A DNA stretch of 64,000 bases from Octopus sinensis. Lineage: Eukaryota. The DNA is taken from NCBI RefSeq assembly GCF_006345805.1, contig NC_043006.1, positions 89,776,001 through 89,840,000 of the forward strand, read 5' to 3'. A program made the translations under genes and the position numbers. A model generated the notes under the pieces. That model had not been told where the DNA came from. It saw only the letters and a program-made list of their open reading frames with translations, and did no database searches. Positions 1 through 12,232 of this stretch are shown one piece after another. The number at the start of each line of letters is the position of its first letter. The first letter of the stretch is position 1.

Positions 1-1270
1 CCTAAGTTCAGCGATGTGAGGGCCAAAGAATTGAAGTGTTCCAGATTGCAAGACAGTATCTGAGAGAAAATTGTGATATCATAAGAGAGAAACGTGTCCA
101 CATGGACGATGGTGCACTTGCATTTAATGATTCTGCACAGAAAGAGGCTTGGAAATGCAATTATGAAAGACTGCTGAATGTAGAGAACGAGTGGGAGGGG
201 GAGAATCTCCCAGATGTTGACCCAATTGAAGGACCAGCTATCTGAATTGACAGTACCCTGGTAGATAAGCAGTTAAGACAGGGAAAGCCCCCAGTCCTTC
301 AGGAATTACCACATATCTGGCAGTGTGGGTTATGATCTTGTTACCCATTTTATAAGTCAGTTGATTCACAAAGGAGTGATATTGAATGACTGGTGTAACA
401 GCACCATAGTCAACTGCTACAAAGGTAAAGGTGATGCTTTAGATAGAAATAATTATAGAGGTATAAAATTGCTGGATCAGGTGATAAAAGTTACGGAGAG
501 AGTCATAGACCAACTAATTAGGGGGAGAATTAGTCTAGATGAGATGTAGTTTGGTTTTGTGCCAAGGAGTAGCACCACTGATGCTAAGGCAGCTGCAGGA
601 GAAATACCTAGCCAAAAATAAACCTCTGTGCATGGCTTTTGTTGATTTGGAGAAAGACTTGGACAGGTCCCCTGATCTGTTATCTGGTGGTCAATGTGGA
701 AAGTAGGGATAAATAAGTGGTTGCTGAGAGCTGTATAAGCCTTGTACACAGACGCTACCTGTAAGGTGAGGGTTGGCAACAAGTATAGCAAAGAATTCAG
801 GGTACAAGTAGGGGTTCACCAAGGATCAGTCTTCAGCCCCCTCTTGTTCATCATAGGCCTCCAGGCAATAACAGAGGAATTTATGACAGGCTGCCCCCTA
901 GGAGCTCCTCTATGTTGATGACTTTGCTCTTATAGATGAATCACTTCCAGAACAAGAGGAGAAGTTTCAGGTGTGGAAGCAAGGTCTAGAATCGAAGGGC
1001 CTTAGAGTTAACTTAGCAAAAACTTACTAAAAAAGTTTTAGTAAGTAGGAAGGCAGACAAATCACAAATCCCTTCAGGGAGATGGCTCTGCTCAATCTGT
1101 AGAAAAGGTGTAGGTAGAAACTCCATAAAATGTACCCAATGTAAGCTTTGAACACATAAGAGGTGCAGCAATATCAGAGGAAGGTTAACAGGAAAGATAG
1201 CTTTTGTATGTGGCAGATGCATAGATACAATAGAGGCTGAAAATGTGCAGAAATTTAACTCCATCGACTG
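1..1270 (+). mobile_element. Decayed RTE-type LINE, reverse transcriptase region (stops and frameshifts)
   Basis: Stitched translation gives non-LTR RT motifs: YKGKGDALDRNNYRGIKLL, FVDLEK, GVHQGSVFSPLLF, LLYVDDFAL, GLRVNLAKT, followed by a Cys-rich finger. Confidence 0.9.
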
Positions 1271-1639
1271 CCAGAAGTGTGAATATGTATGTGTATACAT
1301 GTGTGTGTTTGTGTGTGAGTGACTTGGTCACTTTAATAATAAGTTTGCTGGTTGGAAATACTGATGATCCTGTTTACTGTATCATCATTTCTATCCTGCT
1401 GGTGCTTTACACTATCAGACATCTCATGGCCCCTCACTTATGGCCGGCCCTTTTGCACCACTAATTCTTACCTGCTTCATATGTTCACTGTCCACCTTGA
1501 CCCCTCATCACCATTGCTTACCCGTTCCACTTCATCATTCCACCCAACTTTTTTAAAATGGAAGAAACCAACAAACCTCTTCTGCTCTTTTATACTTTAC
1601 TCCTCATCTCTTAGCATAAAACTGCCCCTTTCTTTTGGG

Positions 1640-1895
1640 AGCCGTAGTTTGGTAAGCTGCACAGTGACCTCATTAGCTTTCGTGCAAAAAGACCCTGCCA
1701 CCTAATCCACATTATTAAGTGGTTGGCTTTAGAGCAGGAACCCAGCTGTAGGACCCATGCCAAAGCAGACAATGAAGCACAGTAAATCCCTGGGTCCACT
1801 GGATCCTGTCAAACCATCCAACCCACACCAACTTGGAATATGAATGTTTGATGATGATGATGATGATGATGAGGATGATGATGATGATGAGGATG
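1640..1895 (+). repeat. RTE-LINE 3' tail / tail-derived short repeat ending in (ATG)n
   Basis: aagtggttggc...cagctgtag...ccatccaaccca...(gat)n, homologous to the tails at 12050-12230 and 59700-59860. Confidence 0.7.
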
Positions 1896-2059
1896 ATGAT
1901 GATGGCAACTTCAAAAGAACGAAAGGCAAATTTGTCATGGGCAGGATTTGAACTTGAAATGCATAGAGAAAGAGCAAATACTGCAGGAAAACTGTTGGGG
2001 TTTTTTTTGGTCTGATGTGCTAATCCTAATCTATGACCTTTGTATTGATGATGATGACA

Positions 2060-2280
2060 ATGATGGTTTTAAGTTTTGGCACAAGGCCAGTGAATACAGG
2101 GAAGGGGTTCAGCTGATTAAATCAACCCCAGTGCTCAACTGGTATCTATCTTATCAACCCTGAAAGAAAGACAGGTAAAGTCGACACGGGTAGAATTTGA
2201 ACTCAGACTGTCAAGACAGACGAAATGCCACTAAGCATTTTTCCCAGCATGCAAATGATTTTGCCAGTTTGCCATCTTAA
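2060..2280 (-). mobile_element. tRNA-derived SINE
   Basis: Minus strand has a B-box-like gagttcaaattc, then the recurring body gtcgacttt...gttgataag...taccagttgagcactggggttgat. Related copies lie near 18870-19045, 23860-24000 and 25650-25930. Confidence 0.65.
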
Positions 2281-2519
2281 TAATAATAATAATAATAATA
2301 ATGATGATGATAATAATGATGATGGTGATAGGAATAGAATAAAATGCCCTGTAGAGCTCCCACAGAAAGTTTATCTCTAAAGGACAGCAAAGATTATCAG
2401 GAGGGTTCAAAGCACTTGAAAGACAGCTGAAAACTTGTGGATACCTAAGATTTACAAGTAGTAACCTGCAATCCATATAAATATTATCAGGAATAAAAAT
2501 GAATCTGAGTCAACTCATC

Positions 2520-2564
<45 letters not shown>

Positions 2565-2569
<5 letters not shown>

Positions 2570-5220
2570 GTTCAACTCCAACCCCAAAAAGTTCTAAAAA
2601 GTTCAACTCCAACCCCAAAAAGTTCTACCAAGAACTGGGCAAAAATAAAATAGAAATCACTGCAGCACCAACGGTAGAAGAAGTGGAAGAATTCTGGAGA
2701 GAAATATGGTTGGCGAACGAACAACCAAAAAAAAGGAGTATTAAAATAACAAACTCAGCATCTGAGCAACTTTGGACCCCCATAACAACTGAAGATGTCA
2801 CCCAGGCACTGCAAAGACTAAGCAACTGGAAGGCACCTGGGCATGACAAGATCCTCAACTTCTGGTTGAAATATCTAACAGGAATGCACAAAAAGCTGGC
2901 TGAAAATTTTAACAACATACTAGCAGAGCCAGAGACAATGCCTGAATGGCTCACGAAGGGGAAAACCATCTTAATTTGCAAATCAAATGAGACAGCAAAA
3001 CCAGAAAACTACAGACCAATAACCTGTCTCCCTACGATGTACAAGGCATTTACTGCAGTGATATCGCAAAGGTTGAACAAGCACCTAGACGAAAACAACC
3101 TGTTTCCAGAAGAGCAGAAAGGATGCCGCAAAGGCTCATACGGCTGTAAAGATCAACTAATGATCAATAAAGCCATAACTGAAGACAGCCACAGAAAGAA
3201 GAAAGGCCTCAGTATGGCCTGGATCGACTACAAAAAGGCGTTTGATAGCATCCCCCACACATGGATCCTCGAAACACTAGCCATTAACAAAGTAGCACCA
3301 ACAATTATAAAATTCATTGGGCACTCTATGAATAAATGGCAAACAGTGCTACAGCTCCAAACAAAAGAAGGACTCATGAAAACCAAAGCCATCCCCATTA
3401 GAAGAGGAATATTCCAGGGAGACACACTCTCTCCACTCCTTTACTGCTTGGCACTGTCACCCCTATCTGATATGCTAAATAGAACTGGATGCGGATATAA
3501 ATGTTACGGCAAAACGATCAGCCACCTTTTATATATGGATGACCTAAAACTATACGCTGCAAATGACAAACAGCTGGAAACACTATTAAAGACAGTTCAT
3601 GGATTTACCAAAGAAATAGATATGAAATTTGGATTAGAGAAATGCGCCAAAGTAACCATGAAAAGAGGAAAACTAGTTAAGAGTAGCAACATCACACTAG
3701 ATAAAACCAATGAAATAAAAGAATTAGACCAAAGCCAAACTTACAAATACTTAGGAATCCATGAACTAGATAAGACACAACACACACAAATGAAAGAGAA
3801 AATAAAAAAAGAATATTATAGACGAGTTAGATCAATACTAAAAACAGAGCTCAATGCTAAAACAAGATAATAGGTATTAACACTTTAGCTGTCCCAGTTA
3901 TAAGTTACAGCTACAATATCCTTAACTGGACGCTAAATGAACTGACCAAAATAGATAGGAAAACAAGAAAAATAATGACAGGATCTAGGATGCATCACCC
4001 AAAATCTGACATATATACAACGTATAGAAGGTGGTAGAGGCCTTATACAGCTGGAAAGCTACTATAAAATAACCACCATAGGACTGCAAAAATACCTACT
4101 TCAGAAGGAAGGAAAACTGATCCAGATAGCAGCAAAACACGAGCAAAACAAAAAACTGTTCTCAGTATTTAAGGAAGCTGACAAATACAAACAAGAAATC
4201 ATACCACCTAACAAATATAAAGAAGAAGAAGAAGAAGAAGAAGAAGAAGAAGAAGAAGAAGAAGAAGAAGAAGAAGAAGAAACAACAAAAGCTATAAAAC
4301 AAATGAAATCCAAACTAAAACTAGAACAGCAACGAACCATGATAAAACGATGGCAAGAAAAACCCCTTCATGGTAAATACTGGACTAAACTAAATGCAAA
4401 AGAAATAGACAAAGGATAATCCCAGCAATGGTTGAGAAGCTCAGGACTCAAAGCAGAGACAGAGGGATTTTTAATTGCAGCACAAGACCAAAGCCTCCCC
4501 ACCAGAAATTACCAAAAACATGTAATGAAAAGAAATATAACAAGTAACTGCAGAATATGTGGAGATGGACAAGAAACAATAAATCATATTATCTCTGGCT
4601 GCCCAGTCCTGGCTAAGAAGGAATATATTCACAGACATGACAGAGTTGGAACCGACATACACTGGAAGCTATGCCAACATTATGGAATAACAACAGAAAA
4701 AAGATGGTATAGGCTCACACCAGAAAAGGTCACAGAAAATGAGAAGACAACCATACTCTGGGATATGCCGATACACACAGATAGAGAAATTAAGGCCAAC
4801 AGACCAGATATAGTTGTCAGAGATCATGAAGAAAAAAAATGCTTTCTAATTGATGTATCAATACTGGCAGATGACAACGTGTCTCTAAAAGAAATGGAGA
4901 AACTTTCAAAATACAAAGACCTGGAAACAGAGGTAACCAGAATGTGGAATCTAAAAACAGAAACAATTCCTATCATAGTAGGTGCATTAGGCATGATAAA
5001 AAAAATATTCAGACAAATACATAACAAAAACACCAGGACTTACAAACACATATAACATACAGAAAATTGCACTACTAGGCACTGCACACATCCTATGCAG
5101 AACACTTTCCATACAATAACCATCAGAGCATCACAACAAATCACAGCACATACCCAAGGCACACAGAGCTGCGCTCGGTAGTGAAGTGAAAGCACGCTAT
5201 AAAAAATAAAATTACTGAAT
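2565..5220 (+). mobile_element. 5'-truncated R4/Dong-clade non-LTR retrotransposon (RT + CCHC knuckle + RLE endonuclease), inactivated, flanked by (AAT)n
   Basis: ORF 2683-3870 has NWKAPGHD, YRPITCLPT, RGIFQGDTLSP, YMDDLKLY. ORF 4432-5055 has CRICGDGQETINHIISGC, RHDRV and NRPDIVVRD...LIDVS...K (PD-(D/E)xK). Frameshift near 3868 and a stop near 4417. (AAT)n on both sides fits known Dong targeting of TAA repeats. Confidence 0.93.
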
Positions 5221-5236
5221 AATAATAATAATAATA

Positions 5237-5795
5237 AAATGCCCTGATGCAGTACCAGGCAGTAGCTCTCATGGCTTCTGACCTTAACTGATTGGAAGTG
5301 TTATCATGTACATTGTTTTGCCTTGGTATAAAAGATGGGCTACAGCAAATATTCTGCTCAATACCACAGATTTGCTTGTCAGTTGTTTGACCTTAACCAG
5401 TTGAGCATGTCCCTTAGTGGCTGACGATATGTGCATCTCTGATCACGAGCAGAAGTAGTGGGGGAGCATCATACCTATGTGCTGAGAGGAATTCTTTGGA
5501 GTTTGAATAATTCAACCCTGGGAACATGGGTGTTTTGTTCAACATCCTTAAACAACCCTTATTCAGGGACCTTTTGAGTGGGATGGGTTACTCGACCAGA
5601 AGAAAATTCTAACTGGGCCCCACCTGCAAGGTCATGCACTGTTTATTTTGATATGAGATCACCATGTCACACATATATGGTTGTGATGCATGTGCCTGGT
5701 GTACCCTTATCAGATGGTTAGTCATGATGGGTATACTAGGTTTCGTATATTTTACCCCAGTGTCACTTTGATGGCATGCACTGCTCTCTCACTCA
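5237..5795. repeat. ~560-bp interspersed non-coding element 'X', copy 1
   Basis: Homologous to 20010-20560 and 27449-27960. Begins aaatgccctgatgcagtacc and ends ctctcactca next to trinucleotide repeats. Confidence 0.9.
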
Positions 5796-5814
5796 TCATC
5801 GTCGTCATCATCAT

Positions 5815-6215
5815 TGTTTAGCGTCCGCTTTCCATGCTAGCATGGGTTGGACGGTTCAACTGGGGTCTCGGAAGCCAGAAGGCTGCACTAGGCCCAGTTT
5901 GATCTGGCAATGTTTCTACGGCTGGATGCCCTTCCTAACACCAACCACTCCATGAGTGTAGTGGGTGATTTTTACGTGCCACCGGCATAGGTGCCAGATG
6001 AGGCTGGCAAACGGCCATGATCGGATGGTGCTTTTTATGTGCCACCTGCATGGGGGCCAGGCAAGGCTGGCAACGGCCATGATCGGATGGTGCTTTTTAC
6101 GTGCCACCGGCACAAGGCCAGTCGGGGCGGCGCTGGCAACGGCCACATTCAGATGGTTCTCTTACGTACCACTGGCACTGGTATCACAGCTGCAATTTCC
6201 ATTGATGTTGATCAA
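5815..6215 (-). repeat. RTE-LINE 3' UTR/tail with internal tandem ~45-55 nt units
   Basis: Repeated gtgcttttt-acgtgccaccggcac units. Same family as 45245-45545 and 59460-59860, where it is attached to RTE coding sequence. Confidence 0.85.
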
Positions 6216-6225
6216 TTTCGATTTT

Positions 6226-6915
6226 AGTTAGTTAGTTAGTTAATTTGGCTCAAAAGCAAATAGCAAGGCCATGTAGGGGGACATGGAGTTAAGTACAGGG
6301 TGCTGTTCATGTAAAGAGTTCAGGCCACTTGAGGTCCAGGGAGGCTTTGAACAAAGCGGTCGTTGGCATCTTCACCATCTCGTCTGGCAGCTTGTTCCAC
6401 GGATCCGCAACCCGGACGGAGAAAGCTCCTCTCCTTCGATTGAGATGAAATCGTCGCAGGTAGAGCTTTTCAGAATGACCCCGCAGCCGACGCTCCGGAG
6501 CAGGAGTGAAGAACAGCTCTTTCGAGAGGTTACACTTCCCGCTTATGATGTTGTGGGCGAGAATGAGATCACCACGGCGGCGGCGTTTTTCAAGAGAATA
6601 AAGGTCAAGCGTCCTCAGCCTTTCTTCGTAGGACAAATTTTTGAGACCATGAACCATGCGGGTAGCCAGCCTCTGGACTCTTTCGAGATGCTGTATGTCT
6701 TTGAGGAGATAAGGAGAAGAGGCTTGAATCCCATACTCCAATATGGGTCACACCAGCGTGACATAGAGTGGTAGGAATATGGCTGCTGTGAGCATTCCGA
6801 ATGACCGTCGAATCAAAAACAGAATTCCGTGCGCTTTGTTGGCAGCATGGACGCACTGGGCCGAAGGCGAAAAGGAGGAATCCACCAAGATACCCAGGTC
6901 CTTTACCTGATCGGT
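6226..6915 (-). mobile_element. CR1-clade LINE 3' fragment with (AACT)n tail
   Basis: DLGILVD...YGIQASSPYLLKDIQHLERVQRLATR...SLEKRRRRGDL...FSVRVADPWNKLP is a typical CR1/L2 ORF2 C-terminus. The tail reads (ttag)n on the plus strand at 6226-6241. Confidence 0.9.
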
Positions 6916-6978
6916 TTTGATTTTGATTTTGTACTCAATAATAATAATAATAATAATTTTGATTTTGATTTTGGACTC

Positions 6979-7020
<42 letters not shown>

Positions 7021-10000
7021 GAATTTGTTGTTATTAATATTACAGCAATAATAATAAAAATAACAAAAAAATTCCTTGATTAAACCCAATATCTTTTAAT
7101 ACTTGTATGGAGCATGGTTAATTGAACTTACTCCAGAGTACTACTGTTTCACATTTTAACAAAACCACCTGAGAAAACTGGTGGCTTAAGAGGGCAAAAA
7201 CAAAAGATTAATTTTTCATTCTTCATTTTGTCTTCAATTTCATTCCTAACTGCACATCAAAAATATTCTTCATTTTTATTAATTAAAATGGACACAGTCT
7301 AATAGTTAATTAGTTTAGGCATCAAAAAGGATGCAGGAAACATGAAAAAAAAAAAAAAGATTTAACTTAGATTCCTTGTCTGGTCCCATTCATCTTAAAA
7401 GAGGAGGAGGAGGAGGAATGAAGGTGAAGAGAGAAAGAAAGAAAGAAAGAAAGAATGGAAGGAAGAAAGTGATCTGAATTGGAAGCAGTTTATTTCATCA
7501 GCTAAAATATGAGAAAGAAGTGATGAAAATACCTCTTTCATAATTGCCTTGCAATCTTTTAGTTGATTAAAAACTTTATACTTCCACAAAGCATTGAGGT
7601 ATTCACTATACTTATGGAGAAACTTGTGTGTGACAAGTATTTTCTTTATATTTTATGTTTAGTAATAATGTTAATGTGATCTTTCAAAGCTCATTATTTA
7701 TTTCTCAGAGAAAGAAAGGAAAAAAGTGGCAAAAAAAAATATAAAAAAAGAAAAACAACAAAAAGCTCTCTAAGGTATTCATACATACATACATATCTAC
7801 ACACACCACACATATATACACTTATACATACATATACATACACACACATTTATATACATGTATACACACACACATATTGATGTATGCTTTAAACCACAAA
7901 TGAAGGCCAGAAATTTAATTTACTATTCTATGCGCATAAATGTCTATGTTACATACAAGTCTAGGTATAGATGCATTTAAGTATCAGACAATTACATTTG
8001 AGCACATATATTTATGTCACACTGCATCATAAAGCAAAATTTAGACACATTTATGTGATGTGACCTCAGACAAATTTTCCAAGAATCAATACATATATTA
8101 TAAAAGAATCTGAGTGTGTTATATGCGAGTGTGTGTGTGTGTGTTTGTGTATGCATCACTAGATGTTCTAGTAAAACAATTTATATAGTTTTATGTATGT
8201 ATGTATATATACCTTTCTCACTCTCTCTCTCAAAATATACACACATACACTATATATATGTGTGTCTGTGTGTGTGCATATATTTTGAGAGAGTGAGAAA
8301 GAGGTATACACACACACACACACACACATACATACACACACACATACAATCAGTACTAATTGAGGAAAATTTGATATGAACACAGCCTTGATGCTGTTTC
8401 CAAAATGACTTTTTGATAATCTGAAAATATTCCCATATTGAAGACTGAAAACGATCAACATTTTCCCACTGGCAACGGTTTCTTCGAAGTCTCACCTCCC
8501 TACTTTGATTCCATAATGTTTTAACACAGCAGAAGGAATGTCTGCACAACTGAACAAATCTTCATGACTCTACGGTGAAGAGGTTCATTTCTCAAATGTC
8601 TATTTTCTAGTTCAATCCCCAACCCCACGGCACCTTAAGCAAGTGTCAATCACGTCAACTTCAGGTTTTGCAAGCTTCCTCTCAGTGCGGTATCATAGTA
8701 TCATAGCACTGACCAGACCATCAGATGCTGTTTCACACCACTGGTCACAATGTGCTTCCAATTTGGTCTTGCTTGCTCCATTCTTTTCTGTCTTGACCCA
8801 AATTGCTTAACTAAATCCTCTTCTCATCACAGACCTCCCAAGTGGCCTTTTCTGATCTCTTGGCTACCACTCAACAACTGCATGGGTCCACTTGTTAGAC
8901 AACAAGTGGACCCATGCAGTTGTTGAGTGGTAGCAACCTTGCAACATGTCCAGCCCAATGGAACTTGTGCTTTTGGTAGTCTGCAATCACTTTGTTCACT
9001 TTGCTCCATTCTTGAATTATCTTATTTTAAATGAACTCTCATAATGATAATCCTAACACAGATCTTTTCCTAGCTCTTTGCAATGCAGCCAGTCAATGTT
9101 CTATTTTCTTTGTGTATAAGAGTACAGGGAGTAAAAACATGGAAACGAAATGGAATCCCATCATGTGTAATATGTCATAATAAATGTAAAATGAATCAAT
9201 GCAATTATAGGCCATATTTTTGCACCTAAGTAGCTCAAGTTTTGCAAAGGGACACATCTTTTCAAAGAAAAAGTGTTGACGTTGACTTATCTTCTCTAAA
9301 CACAGTCAACATTGGCCACTTCTGCTTAGGTGTGTGCTTGCCACCATGTATTTTCACACTGTTACTGCTAAATGCTAATATAAACAAAAAGCCTGGTAAC
9401 TTAGTGCTTCATACATTGAATGTATGAAGAGATGGAATAAAGTACTTTACTTGAAGACAAGTAATGGTTGGAATAAAGGAATAGTAATCAACTATAGAAT
9501 AACAACCTCAATAACTTTTGTCCTATCCAAGAAAGCATGGAAGAAATATATAAAATTATGATAATTTCTTTTTAATATTCGTTTTACCAATTTTGCATGA
9601 TGGAATTCAGATGGAATTCATTGAGGCTGATTTTCTACAGCTAGATGCTCTTACTGTCACTAACCCTCACCTATTCCAAAGCTCATGTATTTCCTGCATG
9701 TGTTGACTTGCAGCAGTTTGAATGCAACATTAATGGCACCAACTTCACCAGTCATGGAGAGATGGGGGGTACTGCCACTGCCACCAGAACCAGCAAGAAA
9801 AATCTACTGAAACTATTTAATTTAGATCAATAATTAGTACATAATGGATAAAACATGAAATTAAACTCTTCTAAATCAACTACACCTTCGATGAATAGAT
9901 GTCTTATTACTCTAAGGTTTACTGAATTCGTTTACTAACATCTGCCGGCACAGACAGACAAACACACAGTGTGTCAGACATTTAACTCATGAAACACTTC

Positions 10001-11004
10001 TATGGATAGTGTCTATTTGAAACATGAAAAGGGGACACTCTCTAATGAAGCTACTGAACCCAATAAGCAGAGAACAAATTTCCGATAGACTATATATGAT
10101 AACTCGAAGAATAGACTTAACAATACTACTTTTAATACATTGTTTACAATTGTTTCATCACTTCACTTTTTAACCATCTTGCATCATGTTCACTAATATG
10201 CTAGCAATTATTAATTTAGTCACATGCATTATGCAGATTATTTTTCACAGTGCATAAGATAATTGATTTTACATATATATGTACAGACAAAGACGGCTGC
10301 AACTATCTGGTTACTGTTTGCACCACCTTAACAGGAAGCATCCAAATTAGACTTGTGGAACCCACTTCTTACAAACCCACTTTGTAAGAAGAGGAAAATA
10401 TCGTCATGCTTACATAGGACACTTGATTACAGACACTGGCCTAGAATGTATCCAGGATATCGAGGCAGTGATGACAGACTGTGAGAAGTGTGGCAGGTGA
10501 ATTTTGTTGCTGCAGCCTGAGTTAGAACCTGGCCATACTACTACTACTACTACTACTACTACTAACAACAACAACAACAGCAGCAGCAACAACAATAATA
10601 TATGTACAGTAAGAAAGCTCATTACATATATCGATATATATATTCCCTCTGTAAAGACAAACTAAAGATGATCCAGCAGTGCTCTAGAACCTACTGACCT
10701 GAGGATGTGCATGTATACGGTTATTGATGAATCATATAAATTCAATGTGTCTTATATGTGTAACATTCAGCAATGAACAGCTTATAAGGATGCACCAAAA
10801 TAACTGTAGTGATTGGGAATGAAGACTGTTCATTCCATCTTTTCATATTAAAATTCTTTTGTTTAAACACTGTCAATATCCACAGATTTCTACATGTATA
10901 TCCAGTAAAAGGGGAAGTCCTACTGTTTGGCAGCATTTGGGAGCAGACAATTGTAGAGGAGCTTTGGAAAGCTTGCTACAGTGTTATTACCCAGATGATA
11001 TGAT

Positions 11005-12010
11005 ATCATCATCATCATCATTTAACATCTGTTGTCCATGCTGGCATGGGTTGGACAGTTTGACCAGGGCTGGTAAGCTGGAAGACTGCACCAGACTCCA
11101 GTCTGATTTGGCATGGTTTTCTATGGCTGGATGCCCTTCTTAACGTCAACCACTCCAAGAATGTAAATGGGTGCTTTTACGTACCAGCAGCACAGGTGCC
11201 ATTTGTGTGACACCAGTATCTGCCATGACTGCGATTTTGCTTGACTTGATGGGTCTTCTTCTCAAGCACGACATAATGCTAAAGGTCTTGGTCAAGGCCT
11301 TCATGAGGCCCAATGCTTGAAAGGAGCTCAGCCACTTTGCCTCCATGAGACCCAAAACTTGAAAGGTACTCTTTACATGCTACTGGCATGGGTGCCAGTT
11401 ATTATGTGACACCAGCATCAGTCATGACTATGGTTTCACTTGGCTATGATGGGTCTTCTCAAGCACTGTATATTGCCAAAGGTCTCATTCACTAGCCATT
11501 GCCTTTGTGAGGTTCAAAGTTCAAAGGTCACACTTCACCATCTCATCCCATGTCTTCCTGGGTCTATCTCTACCACAGGTTCCTTCTACAATTAGAGATC
11601 AGCACTTCTTTACACAGTTGTTCTTGTCCATACTCATCACATGACCATACCAGTGCAGTCGTCTCTCTTGCACACCACATCTGATGCCTCTTATGCCAAA
11701 CTTTTCACTCAAAATGCTTACACTTGAACATGCACACAGACATTGCACATCCAGTGAAGTATAGTGGCTTCATTTCTTTCAAGCTTATGCACATCCCCGG
11801 CTACCACAGCCCATGTTTCACTGCCATGTCGCTTAGCTGTTCGCACACAGGCATCATCCAATCTGCCTTTCACTCTGAGAGAGGCCTTTCTTACCAGCAG
11901 AAGTAAGAGCTCTCTGAACTTTTCCCAGCCTAATCTTATTCTCACAGCTACGTTCTTGGAGCATCCACCTCCACTACTAACTTGGTCACCTATATTTATA
12001 AGCACCATCC
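11005..12010 (-). mobile_element. RTE-type LINE 3' fragment (thumb/C-terminal coding plus tail)
   Basis: GDQVSSGGGC...RIRLGWEKFREL...HGSETWAV, followed toward lower coordinates by the shared tail and (ATG)n. Confidence 0.85.
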
Positions 12011-12232
12011 AAATGTGGTCGATGCCAGCCCACCTAGCCCCTGTGCTGGTGGCACGTAAAAAGTACCCACTACACTAATGGAGTGGTTGGCTTTAGGAAG
12101 GGCATCCAGCTGTAGAAACACTGCCACATCAGATTGGAGCTTGGTGCAACCTCCTGGCTTCCCAGACTCCAGTTGAACCGTCTAACCCATGCCAGCATGG
12201 AAAACGGATGTTAAACAATGATGATGATGATA
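12010..12232 (+). repeat. RTE-LINE 3' tail copy in opposite orientation
   Basis: gtggcacgtaaaaag...ggaagggcatccagctgtagaaac...catggaaaacggatgttaaac(aatg/gat)n. Confidence 0.85.

Noticed and set aside
5420-5530. CTGACGA in element X as a possible hammerhead core
   Set aside because: No stem II/GAAA/stem I arrangement could be built in any of the three copies.
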